A stretch of 64,000 nucleotides of DNA from Isurus oxyrinchus (Eukaryota): NCBI GenBank assembly GCA_026770705.1, contig JANJGN010000016.1, positions 87,544,001-87,608,000 of the forward strand, given 5' to 3'. The notes beneath the pieces were generated by a model. It had not been told where the DNA came from and did not search any database. It saw nothing but the letters and a program-made list of their open reading frames with translations. Shown here piece after piece: positions 28,080-39,404 of this stretch (position 1 is its first letter; each line of letters starts with the position of its first letter). The translations under genes were made by a program, and so were the position numbers.

Positions 28080-28175
28080 AGTGAGAGGGTCCATAGCTTC
28101 TCAGATGTGACTCTGGAGGCCTTGGTGGAGGAGGTCCAGAGGAGAAGGGATGTCCCTCACCCACAGGGAGTGGGG
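28080..28175 (+). mobile_element. Possible PIF/Harbinger Myb/SANT-like ORF remnant
   Basis: Translates ERVHSFSDVTLEALVEEVQRRRDV, resembling the FSxxELExLVEEV start of Harbinger-type Myb/SANT domains; short and truncated by a CR1. Confidence 0.4.
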
Positions 28176-28254
28176 AAGGAGGTTACAGAGGCAGCTGATG
28201 CAGTGAATATGGAGGGAGATCACCCAGGAGGTGACAGCCCAGAGCACTGTCCCC

Positions 28255-30260
28255 AGGACATGGATATAGAGGATTGGATAAGGTAAAAAAGGAAGCTTAT
28301 GGCAGATACAGAGGGCTGAAAACAGCAGAAGCCCTCGAGGAGTATAGAAAGTGGAGAGGGGTACTTAAAAAAATAATTAAGAAAGCAAAGAGGGGCATGA
28401 AAAAACACTGGCAGGCAAGGTAAAGGAAAATCCTAAGGCATTTTATAAATATATTAAGGGCAAGAGGATAACCAGGGAAAGAGTAGGGTCTATTCGGGAC
28501 CAAAGTGGCAATCTGTGTGTGGAGCTGGAGGACGTGGGTGAGGTTTTAAATGATTACTTTTCATCTGTGTTCACTATGGAGAAGGACAATGTAGCTGTAG
28601 AAATCAGGGAGGGGGACTGTGATACACTTGAACAAATGAGCATTGAAAGGGAGGAGTATTAGTGCTTTTAGCTGGCTTAAAAATGGATAAATCCCCAGTC
28701 TGAGATGAGATGTACTCCAGGCTGCTGTGTGAGGCAAAGAGAGGAGATTGTAGGGGCTCTGACACTAATTTTCAAATCCTCTCTGGCCACAGGAGAGGTG
28801 CCAGGGGACTGGAGGACTGTGAATGTGGCACTGTTATTCAAGAAGGGTAGTAGGGATAAACCAGGTAAACACAGGCCAGTGAGTCTAACATCAGTGGGAG
28901 GGAAATTATTGGGAAAAGTTCTGAGGGACAGGATTAATCTCCACTTGGAGAGGCAGGGATTAATCTGGGATAACCAGCATGGCTTTGTCAGGGGGACATC
29001 ATGTCTAACACATCTGATTGAATTTTTTGAGGAGTTAACTAGTTGTGTAGATGAGGGTGCTGCAGCTGATGTAGTTTACATGGACTTCAGTAAGGCTTTT
29101 GACAAGGTCCCACATGGGAGAATGGTCAAGAAGGTCAGAGCTCAAGGGATCCAGGGCAATTTGGCAAATTGGATCCAAAATTGGCTGAGTGGCAGGAGGC
29201 AAAGGGTCATGTTCGAAGGTTGTTTTTGTGACTGGAAGCCTATGGCGAGTGGTTTACCGCAGGGATCGGTGCTGGGACCCTTGCTGTTTGTAGTGTACAT
29301 TAATGATTTAGATGTGAATATAGGAGGTATGATAGGAAGCTCGACGGTGACAGAAAAATTGGTGGTGTAAATAGTGAGGAGGAAGGCCTTAGATTACAGG
29401 ATGATATAGATGGGCTGGTCAGATGGGCAGGGCAGTGGCAAATGGAATTTAATCCTGGGAAGTGTGAGATGATACATTTTTGGAGGACTAACATGATAAG
29501 GGAACACACGATGAATGGTAGGACCCCAGGAAGTACAGAGGATCAGAGGGACCTCGGTGTACATGTCCATAGATCCCTGAAGGCAGCAGCACAGATAGAT
29601 AAGGTGGTTAAGAAGGCATATGGGATACTTGCCTTTATTAGCCAAGGCATAGAATATATGAGCAGGGAGGTTATGTTTGGAGCTGTATAAAATGCTAGTT
29701 AGGCCACAGCTGCAGCACTGTGTGCAGTTCTGGTCATCACATTATAGGAAGGATGTGCCTGCACTGAAGAGGGTGCAGAGGAGATTCACCAGGATGTAGC
29801 CTGGGCTGGAGTGTTTCAGCTATGAAGAGAGGCTGGATAGGTTAGGGTTGTTTTTCTTAGAGCAGAGAAGATTGAGGGGGGAGCTGATAGAGGTGTACAA
29901 ATTATGAGGGTTGTAGTTAGGGTAGGTAGGAAGAAACATTTCCACTTAGCAGAGGTGTGAATAACCAGGGGACATAGATTTAAGGTGAGGGGCAGGAGGT
30001 TTAGAGGGGATGTGAGGAAAGATGTTTTCACCCAGAAGGTAGCTGGAATCTGGAACTCACTGCCTGACGGGGTGGTAGAGGCAGCAACCCTCACAACACT
30101 TAAGAAGTATTTAGATGAGCACTTGAAATGCCAGAACATACAGCGCTATGGGACAAGTGCTGGAAAATGGGATTAGAATAGACAGGTGTTTGATGGCTGG
30201 CATGGACACGATGGGCCGAAGGGCCTGTTTCTGTGCTGTATAATTCTATGTCTCTATGAC
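28255..30260 (+). mobile_element. 5'-truncated CR1 LINE (RT domain to 3' tail), frameshifted
   Basis: ORF 28705-29370 has DWRTVNV..LFKKG, RPVSLTS, QHGF, YMDFSKAFDKVPH and PQGSVLGPLLFVVYINDLD; tail TTCTATGTCTCTATGAC. Confidence 0.95.
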
Positions 30261-30529
30261 CCAATGGCTCCAGTGTCAATAAACTACAACAACCAGAATA
30301 TCTTGTGTTTATATAGTGAGTGGAACTGAATATAATGTCCGAATGCACTTTACAGGAATGTTATCAACTAAAAACTGATGCTGTATTAACAAAGGAGATA
30401 TTAAGACAGACGAGCAACAGCTTCGAAAGAGGCAGGTTTGAGGAATGTGTTAAAGGGGACAAAGAGGGGTTGGGAATTGGAGAGGTTTAGGGAAGGAATT
30501 CCGGAGTTTAGAGATTTGGGAGTTAAATT

Positions 30530-31790
30530 TTCTGTGGAGTGGTGAAGTTCCTCACAGAAGTTGCAGTCCTCTTGTACAGCAGAAGGGGCTCCGCTCCGGT
30601 GTGTGGTCCAGCCAGTTTGCACAACCTGCTGCAGTTTCTCAGGACGACATCCTTCTTGGTCACTTCCCTGATCTCAGTCAGTTTGGTTCCAGCCACAGGA
30701 AAGTTCTTTGTCAGCGTGTGAACCTGTGCTGCCCTTTCTTTATTCTCTTGCTCCGTGATGGGTGGGTATGCACGTGACAGAGAGTCTGCGATGTACATTT
30801 CCATGTCTGGTTTCTATTTAACTCTGGCCTGGTACTTCTGCAGACACATTAATAATCTTTGGATTCTTGGTGGTGCACAGTTTAAGGGTTTTTAAGTGCA
30901 GCTTCCAAAGGCTTATGATCAGAATCTACGTCCATGTCTTTGCCAAACTGATGGAAACATTCTAGGTCAAACACAATTGCTAACATTTCTTTCTCTATTT
31001 GGACACCCCGCTGCTGTGTTTCAGTCGTTGCCTTTGAAGCCGATGCCACTGGAGCCTCATTTTGCAAGAGGACATTTCCCAGACCAGTCTTTGAAGCGTC
31101 CACTGAGATCTTGACCGGGTGACTGACATCGTAACACTTTAACCCTGGTGCTTGGGTCAGTGTTCTGTCCAGACTGGTCAAAGCTTCCTGGTGACTTTGT
31201 TCCCAGTGCAATTCCACATCATTTTGTGGAAGTTCTCTGAGAGGTGCTGTCAGGTCTGATATGTTTGAAATGAATTTCCCAGGATAGCTCACCATTCCCT
31301 AATACCTCTCCAAGTCTTTCTTACATCCTGGGAGTGGCATGTTCACAACTGCTTCGATTTTACTCGGGTCCGGTTTCAGTCCCTCACTTGTTGGCACATG
31401 TCCCAAGTACTTGATTTCATGTAGACCTATTTTGTACTTTTCCTTCCTCAACTTGAGGCTCCTTTCTCCAGCTCTGGCCAGTACCTGCGTCAGTCTGTGG
31501 TCGTACTCTTCTCGTGAGGCTCCCCAGACCAGCACATCGTCAATATAGGTTTCACTGCCCTCTAACCCTTCAAACAGCCCCTTCACTGCTCTGTGGAAAA
31601 CCTCCGGAGCTGAATTAATACCAAAAGGTCAGCGTAGAAACCTGTATAACCCGTATGGTGTGTTCAAGGTACAGAGACAGGAGCAGCGTTCATCCAGCTT
31701 GACCTGCCAGAAGCACAAACTCACATCTGAGACTGAATAGTATTTAGCATCAGCAACTATACACGTGATCTCTTCTACACGTGATCTCTG
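30530..31790 (-). mobile_element. Decayed Ty3/Gypsy pol fragment (RT, RNase H, pre-integrase linker)
   Basis: FWQVKLDE..LCTLNTPYGLYRFLR, TYIDDVLVWG (YxDD), IKYLGH, VDASKTGLG, EKEMLAIVF, DSDHKPLE, IADSLSRA; several stops and frameshifts. Confidence 0.93.
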
Positions 31791-34700
31791 AATAGTATTT
31801 AGCATCAGCAACTATACACGTGATCTCTTCTACACGTGATCTCTGAATAGTATTTAGCATCAGCTACTTTACACGCGATCTCTTCTACACGTGATCTCTG
31901 AATTGTATTTAGCATCAGCTACTTTACACATGATCCCTTCTACACGTGATCTCTGAATAGTATTTAGCATCAGATAGTTTACATGTGATCTCTTCTACAC
32001 CTGATCACTGAATACTATTTAGCACCAGCTACTTTACACGTGATCTCTTCTACACGTGATCTCCGAATACTATTTCGCTTCAGCTAGTTTACACGTGATC
32101 TCTTCCACACATGATCTCTGAACAGTATTTTGCATCAGCTAGTTTGCACGTGATTTGTTCTACACGTGATCACTGAACAGTATTTAGCATCAGCTGCTTT
32201 ACACATAATCTCTTCTACATGTGATCTCTGAATAGTATTTAGCATCAGCTACTTTACACATGATCTCTTCTACACATGATCTCTGAATAGTATTTTGCAT
32301 CATCTAATTTATACGTGATCTCTTCTACATGTCATCTCTGAATATTATCTAGCATCAGCTACTTTACACATGATCCTTTCTACACGTGATCTCTTCTGCA
32401 CGTGATCTCCGAATAGTATTTAGCATCATATAGTTTACACACTATCTCTTCTACACCTGATATCTGAATAGTATTTAGCTTCAGCCAATTTACTCGTGAT
32501 CTCTTCCACACAAGATCTCGGAATAGTATTTAGCTTCAGCTATCTTACACATAATCTCTTCTACACGTGATCTCTTCTGCACCTGATCTCTGAATAGTAT
32601 TTTGCATCAGCTACTTAACACATGATCTCTTCTACACGTGATCTCTGAATACTATTTAGCATCAGATAGTGTACACGTGATCTCTTCTACATGTGATCTC
32701 TGAATACTATTTAGCATCAGATAGTTTACACGTGATCTCTTCTACACATGATCTCAGAATAGAATGTAGAATCAGGTACTTTACACGTGATCTCTTCTAC
32801 ACGTGATCTCTGAATAGTATTTAGCATCAGCTACTTTACACCTGATCTCTTCTACATGTGATCTCTGAATAGTATTTAGCACCAGCTGCTTTACACGTGA
32901 TCTCTTCTACACATGTTCTCTGAATATTATTTACCATCAGCTACTTTACACGTGATCTCTTCTACACATGTTCTCTGAATATTATTTACCATCAGCTACT
33001 TTACACGTGATCTCTTCTACACGTGATCTCTGAATAGTATTTAGCTTCAGCTAGTTTACACATGATCTCTTCTACATGTGATCTCTGAATATTATTTAGC
33101 ATCAGCTAGCTTACATTTGATCTCTTCTACATGTGATCTCTGCATAGTATTTAGCATCAGCTTGATTACATGTGATCTCTTCTACACGTGATCAATGAAT
33201 ATTATTTAGCATCAGCTACTTTACACGTGATCTCTTCTAAACGTGATCGCTGAATAGTATTTAGCATCAGCTACTTTACACGTGATCTTTTCTACACGTG
33301 ATCTCTGAATAATATTTAGCATCAGCTAGTTTACACATGATCTCTTCTACACATGATCACTGAATAGTATTTAGCATCAGCTACTTTACACGTGATCTCC
33401 GAATACTATTTCACTTCAGCTAGTTTAGACGTGATCTCTTCCACACATGATCTCTGAACAGTATTTTGCATCTGATATTTTACACGTGATCTGTTCTACA
33501 CGTGATCTCTGAGTAGTATTTTGCGTCAGCTAGTTTACACGTGATCTCTTCTACACGTGATCTCTGAATAATATATAGCATCAGCTACTTTACACGTGAT
33601 CTCTTCTAAATGTGATCTCTGAATAGTATTTAGCATCAGCTACTTTACACATGATCTCTTCTACATGTGATCTCTGAATAGTATTTAGCATCAGCGACTT
33701 TACACGTGATCACTTCTACACGTGATCTCTAAATATTATTTAGCTTCAGCTTGTTTACACGTGATCTCTTCTACATGTGTTCTCTGAATAGTATCTAGCA
33801 CCAGCTACTTTACACGTGATCTCTTCAACACGTGATCTCCGAATACTATTTCACTTCAGCTAGTTTAGACGTGATCTCTTCAACACATGATCTCTGAACA
33901 GTATTTTGCATCTGATATTTTACACGTGATCTGTTCTACACTTGATCTCTGAATAGTATTTTGCATCAGCTAGTTTACACGTGATCTCTTCTGCACGTGA
34001 TCTCTGAATAGTATTTTGCATCAGCTACTTTACACGTGATCTCTTCTACACGTGATATCGGAATACTATTTAGCTTCAGCAACATTACTCGTGATCTCTT
34101 CAACACAGTATCTCTGACTAGTATTTAACTTCAGCTATCTTACACATGATCTCTTCTACAAGTGATCACTTCTACACGTGATCTCTGACTAGTATTTAAC
34201 TTCAGCTATCTTACACATGATCTCTTCTACAAGTGATCACTTCTACACGTGATCTCTGAACAGTATTTAGCACAGGCTAGTTTACACGTGATCTCTTCTG
34301 CACCTGATCTCTGAATATTATTTAGCATCAGCTCCTTTACACATGATCTCTTCTACACGTGATCTCTGAATAGTATTCACCATCAGCTAGTTTACACATG
34401 ATCTCTTCTACACGTGATCTCTGAATAGTATTTAGCATCAGCTACTTTACACATGATCTCTTCTACACGTGATCTCTGAATAGTATTTAGCATCAGCTTG
34501 TTTACACATAATCTCTTCTACATGTGATCTCTTCTACACGTGATCTCTGAATAGTATTTAGCATCAGCTACTTTACACGTGATCTCTTCTACACGTGATC
34601 TCTGAATAGTATTTAGCATCGGCTACTTTACACGTGATCTCTTCTACACGTGATCTCAGAATAGTATTTAGCGTCAGCTACTTTACACATGATCTCTTCT

Positions 34701-34966
34701 ACATGTGATCTCTTCTACACGTGATCTCTGAATTGTATTAAGCATCAGCTACTTTACACGTGATCTCTTCTACACGTGATCTCTGAATAGTATTTAGCAT
34801 CGGCTACTTTACACGTGATCTCTTCTACACGTGATCTCTGAATAGTATTTAGCATCGGCTACTTTACACGTGATCTCTTCTACATGTGATCTCAGAATAG
34901 TATTTAGCATCAGCTACTTTACACATGATCTCTTCCATACGTGTTCTCTGAATAGTATTTAGTATC
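31734..34966. repeat. 55-bp minisatellite (TGAATAGTATTTAGCATCAGCTACTTTACACGTGATCTCTTCTACACGTGATCTC), ~55-60 units, derived from the Gypsy RT
   Basis: TGAATAG at 31734 and 31789 (period 55). The first unit is continuous and in frame with the Gypsy RT (VEEITCIVADAKYYS on minus). Confidence 0.95.
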
Positions 34967-35214
34967 CAACACGAGCTGTCTGACCTTCAACCCCCAGGTT
35001 AAGTGACCCTCTATCTAGCACAGAGCCCCGGATAGTATCTAATTCTAGAGTCCACTGTCACAATCAACTATTATCCTGACAACTCCCAGAGCATCATCTG
35101 GGGTAACTCCGGGGTGCAGAGAATGGGAGGTCATGGGTCAGTGTCACAATTGCTAATAATGGAGAAAATAGACTGGGGGAAGTTCAAGAGGCAGCATTAG
35201 AGCAACATAGATAT

Positions 35215-35990
35215 CCCAGAGAGTTGTGGGGCTAGAGGATGTTACAGAGATGGCGGGGGCAGGGGAGGGTACAGGCCATGGAGGGATTTCTAAACAAGGG
35301 TGCGAATTTTAAACTCAAGGCTGTGCTTGACTGAGAGTCAGTGTGAGTCAGTGAGCGCAGGGGTGATAGACGAAGGAGACACAGGCAGCAGATTTTGGGT
35401 GATATCGAGAGTATGGAGGGTAGGATGTTGGATGTGGGTCAGGCGTATGTTCGAATAGTCATGTCTGGAGGTTACACAGACATTGATGAAGGTTTCCATA
35501 GAAGATGAGCTGAGCTGAGCCAGAGTCAGGTGTTTTTATGGAGGTGGAAATAGACGGTCTTAGTGATGAAACAGTTACATGGTTAGAAGCCCATCTCAGA
35601 GGCAAATATAACACCAAGTTTGTGAACAGCCACAGAGCAGACAGGGAGAGGGATGGAACTGGTGGCTAGGAAATGGAGATTGTGGCGTGGACTGAAGGCA
35701 TTGGCTTTGGAATTCCTGGTATTCAGTGGGTGGATATTTCTGCTCATCCAGGAGTGAATATCGGATACGAGTCTGATCATTTTGAGACTGTGGAGAGGTT
35801 GAGAGAGATGGTGGTGAGATGGAGCTGGGTGCTGTCAGTGTACACGTGGAACCTGATGCTGTGATTTCAGATGTGTGGCAATAAGTAGATGAGAAATCAG
35901 AGGCGGCCACAATTAGATCCTTGAGAGACACCAGAGGGAACAGACCAGGAGCTGGAAGAGAAGCCATTGCAGATAATTCTCTGTGATTAG
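35215..35990 (-). mobile_element. L2-clade LINE 3' fragment, degraded
   Basis: Minus ORF SDIHSWMSRNIHPLNTRNSKANAFSPRH..VHKLGVIF resembles the L2 RT C-terminal part; TVHVYTDSTQL (YADD-derived) near 35825-35855. Confidence 0.75.
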
Positions 35991-36370
35991 ATCGATAAGA
36001 ATGGAATTCCCAGTCAGCACTCTGTCTCTTCCAGGACGAGATAGCACAGAACAGGCTCGAGCAGGACCTGACCATGGGGAGGAGGGGCACGTCAGTATGA
36101 GGTCCCTCCCCTTGAGGAGGCAGTGCTGGTGGTGAGCGGGAGGGCAGTGGGAGACACAGTGAATGCAGGGAGAGCAGCTGGGGGGCATCTCACCGGGAGG
36201 TATGTGAGCATTCCAGCTTCCTCACAGAGACACAGATATTCCCAATCCCGAATCCCCCAAACCCATCCTCACTCCCAACTCCATATGGACTCATCACACA
36301 TACCGTCCTGTAGAGTTCACACAGACTGTACCCAAACCCTCCCAATGTTATCATTGCAGGTTCCAGAAGC

Positions 36371-36580
36371 AAGATCCACCTCACCTCCGTCCCCATAGAG
36401 GAATAGGAAGATCCATCTCACCCCCTCCCCCATAGAGGAATAGGAAGATCCACCTCACCCCCTCCCCCATAGAGGAATAGGAAGATCCACCTCACCCCAT
36501 CACCCATAGAGGAATAGGAAGATCCACCTCACCCCCTCCCCCATAGAGGAATAGGAAGATCCACCTCACCTCCCTCCCCA
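36371..36580. repeat. 37-bp tandem repeat (GATCCACCTCACCCCCTCCCCCATAGAGGAATAGGAA), ~5.5 copies
   Basis: GATCCA at 36373, 36410 and 36447. Confidence 0.93.
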
Positions 36581-36604
36581 CGCTCCAGTACTTTTCATTA
36601 GTAA

Positions 36605-37710
36605 TGATAAGTTCTGGAAAGATTAATGTGGTAAAAGGTGATAAATCCCCTGGACCTGGTGCCCAACATCCTCGGGGTCTAATAGATGTGGCTGGGGAGA
36701 GAGTGGATGCATGGGTTTCATCTTCCCGAATTCCCCAGATTCTAGACCATTCCCCATGGATTGGAAGGTAGTGAATGTAACCCCAGTGTTCCAGAAAGGA
36801 GGGAGGGAGAAAACAGGGAATTATAGACCAGTTAGTCTGACATCAGGAATAGGGAAAATACTGGAATCTTTTATGGGGGATGTGGTAACAGGACACTTGG
36901 AAAATCCCGGCCTTGATTAGACTCGGTCAACAGGGATTTATGAAAGGGAATCATGTCTGACTGAAGGATTGTAGATTTTTCAGTGTGTAACTGGCAGGGT
37001 CGATACGGAGGAGCCATCGATTCGGTATATTTGGATTTTCAGGAGACACTGGATAAGATTCCACACGAGAGGTTGTGACACAAGATTAGGGTTCATGGGA
37101 TTGGGGAGAATGTATGAACATGGATTCCGGACAAGCTAACGGACAGAACACGGCGGGAATGAACCAGTCACTATTCAAACATATTAGATAGGTTTGAAAT
37201 AAAGATAGAATTGCTTTAGGAGCAGTTCAGAGAAGGTCCACTGGACTCATTCCTTGGATGAATGTGTTGTTTTATGAAGGAAGCTCCAACAGGTCAGGCC
37301 TTTATCCACTGGAGTTTCAAAGAGCGAGAGGGGATCTTATTGAAACATATAAGATCCAGCGGGGACTTGATAGAGTGGATCCCCTGAGGATGTTTCCTCA
37401 TCTGGGGGAGACTAGAACTAGGGGTCATAGTTTAAAAATAAGGGGTCTCCCTTTTAAGCCAGAGATGTGAAGAAAAGCTTTATCCCAAAGTGTAGTTGGT
37501 GTGTGGAATTCTCTTCCCCAGAAAATAGTGGAGCCAGGGTTTTTGAATTGATTCAGGGCAGAGTTAGATTTTTATAGGCAACAAAGTCAAGGCTTAAGGG
37601 GGGCAGGAAAGTGGAGCTGAGACTATAACCGGATTAGCCATTCTCGTATTGAATGACGAAGCAGGCTCGAAGGGCCGAATGGCCTACTGCTGTTCCGATG
37701 TTCCTGTGTC
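36605..37710 (+). mobile_element. Degraded, internally deleted CR1 LINE
   Basis: DWKVVNVTPVFQKGGREKTGNYRPVSLTS; RGDLIETYKI..TRGHSLKI; 3' end GAAGGGCCGAATGGCCTACT. Confidence 0.88.
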
Positions 37711-37811
37711 CCTGTTATCAGGATGGAGAACTGGAACTAACAGGACAGGATCATTGGGTCTCTGCTATTTACAATCGAGAGCAATGATTTAGACGAGGGG
37801 TCTGAGTGTAA

Positions 37812-38236
37812 CACAGACAGGGCTACTGAAAATAAATAGTTAGTTGGGAAAGTAAGCTGTGAGGAGGATACAAAGAGACTGCAAAGAGATATAAACAGGT
37901 TCAGATATTCGAGAGAGGGAGAGAGAGAGAGGAGAGTATGGGAGACACCCTCAGGGTTTAAACTGAAACGTGACAGAGCAGCTGCTGAGAGAGGCGACTG
38001 GAACAGGAGAAAAAAATCACAAAGAGACGATCACCGCACAAGGAGAAGTGGCAGGGGTAAGTTTACCCAGAAACAGTTCAGTGAATCCTCCTATCAGCTA
38101 AACCCGATCAAGTGATGTATTCAAAACTGTAAAATAAGATCAGTTGATTGAATACGATGACCACAAATTTTGCCTCCATAACCCCGGGAATTTGGACACG
38201 ACAGGAAACCGATTGGAAACAAAATGGCGGCTGCAG
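37812..38236 (+). repeat. Right arm of the inverted duplication of 21726-22153
   Basis: Near-identical reverse complement, ending in AAAATGGCGGCTGCAG, where a CR1 fragment begins abruptly. Confidence 0.93.
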
Positions 38237-38244
38237 ATGAAAAA

Positions 38245-39385
38245 AACAACTTCTCATTCTCCCTGGTCCCTTGGATCTCTAACTCTGGGAGATTTCCTGT
38301 ATCTTTGTCAGTGAAGACAGACACAAAGTAATCATTTAGCTTCTCTGCCATTTCTCTATTCCCCATTATAAATTCTCTTAGCTGCCTGTAATGGACCCAC
38401 ATTTATTTTAGCTAAACATTTCCTTTTTCATATCTACAGAAGCTTTTACAGTCCGTTTACATGTCTTTTGCGAGTTTACATTCATTTTCTATTCTCCCTT
38501 TATCAGTTTCTTGGCCCTCCTTTGCTGTTTTCTAAAATGCTCCCAATCCTTAAGTTTGTTAATATTTTCAACAACTTTATAAGCCTTTACTTTTAATCTT
38601 AAACAATCCTTAATGTCCTTTGTTAGCCACGGTTGACTGATTTTTCTTTTTTGGTTTTTGTGCCTTGAAGGAATGTATAATTGCAGTAAACTATGTAATA
38701 ATTCACTAAAGACTATCCATTGCCAATGTACTGTCGCACCTTTCAATGTATTTCCCAATCCACATCAAGCAATTTTCCCCCTCACAGAAACCCAAGGAGA
38801 AATCATTTTCCTTGTTGAAATTTAACACACTGGTTTCGGATTGAACTGCCTCACTTTCAAACATAATGTAAATTACAGAATACTCGATCTATAATAGCCT
38901 GTCCTCTGGTCCGTTCCTCAACATTCTGCTCTAGAAAACCATCCCTAACACACTCCAGAAACTCCTCCTCCCCAGTGTCAGTGCTCATTGCTCTTACCCA
39001 GTCTATATGCAAATTGAAATCACCCATGATCACTGTATTACCCATTCTACACATGTCTCTAATCTCCTGATCAATATCATGCCCCACATTACCAATACTG
39101 TTTGGTGGCTGATGAACAGCTCCAACCAATCTTTGCTGCCTCTTGCTGTTTCTTAGCTCCCACACAAACAGATTCCACACATTGTTCTTCTGATCTGAGA
39201 TCCACCCATACTAATGCCTGATCCTGTCCCTTATTATCAGCGTAGTACTAACACCTTTTCCTTTCTCCTGTCCTTCCTAAATGTCAAATATCATTGAATA
39301 TTCAGTTCCCAGTCTTTGTCACCCTGTAGCCACATTTCTGTAATGGCAACTAAATCATAGGCATTTACCTCTATCTGTGCCTTTA
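38245..39385 (-). mobile_element. CR1 LINE fragment (endonuclease and linker)
   Basis: Minus ORFs WELRNSK..VIMGDFNLHIDW..EEFLECVRDGFLEQ, PWLTKDIKD and MAEKLNDYFVSVFT. Confidence 0.88.
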
Positions 39386-39404
39386 ATTTGCTAGTTAATA
39401 ATGC

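Noticed and set aside
25694-28110. Cys/Pro/Gln-rich ORFs (LQYCQLPAPS repeats)
   Set aside because: Translations of the 26-bp minisatellite; the unit is not a multiple of 3 and the ORFs are fragmentary on both strands.
38653-38691. Perfect nonamer GGTTTTTGT as an extra RSS
   Set aside because: No heptamer at 12 or 23 bp, and it lies inside a CR1 fragment.
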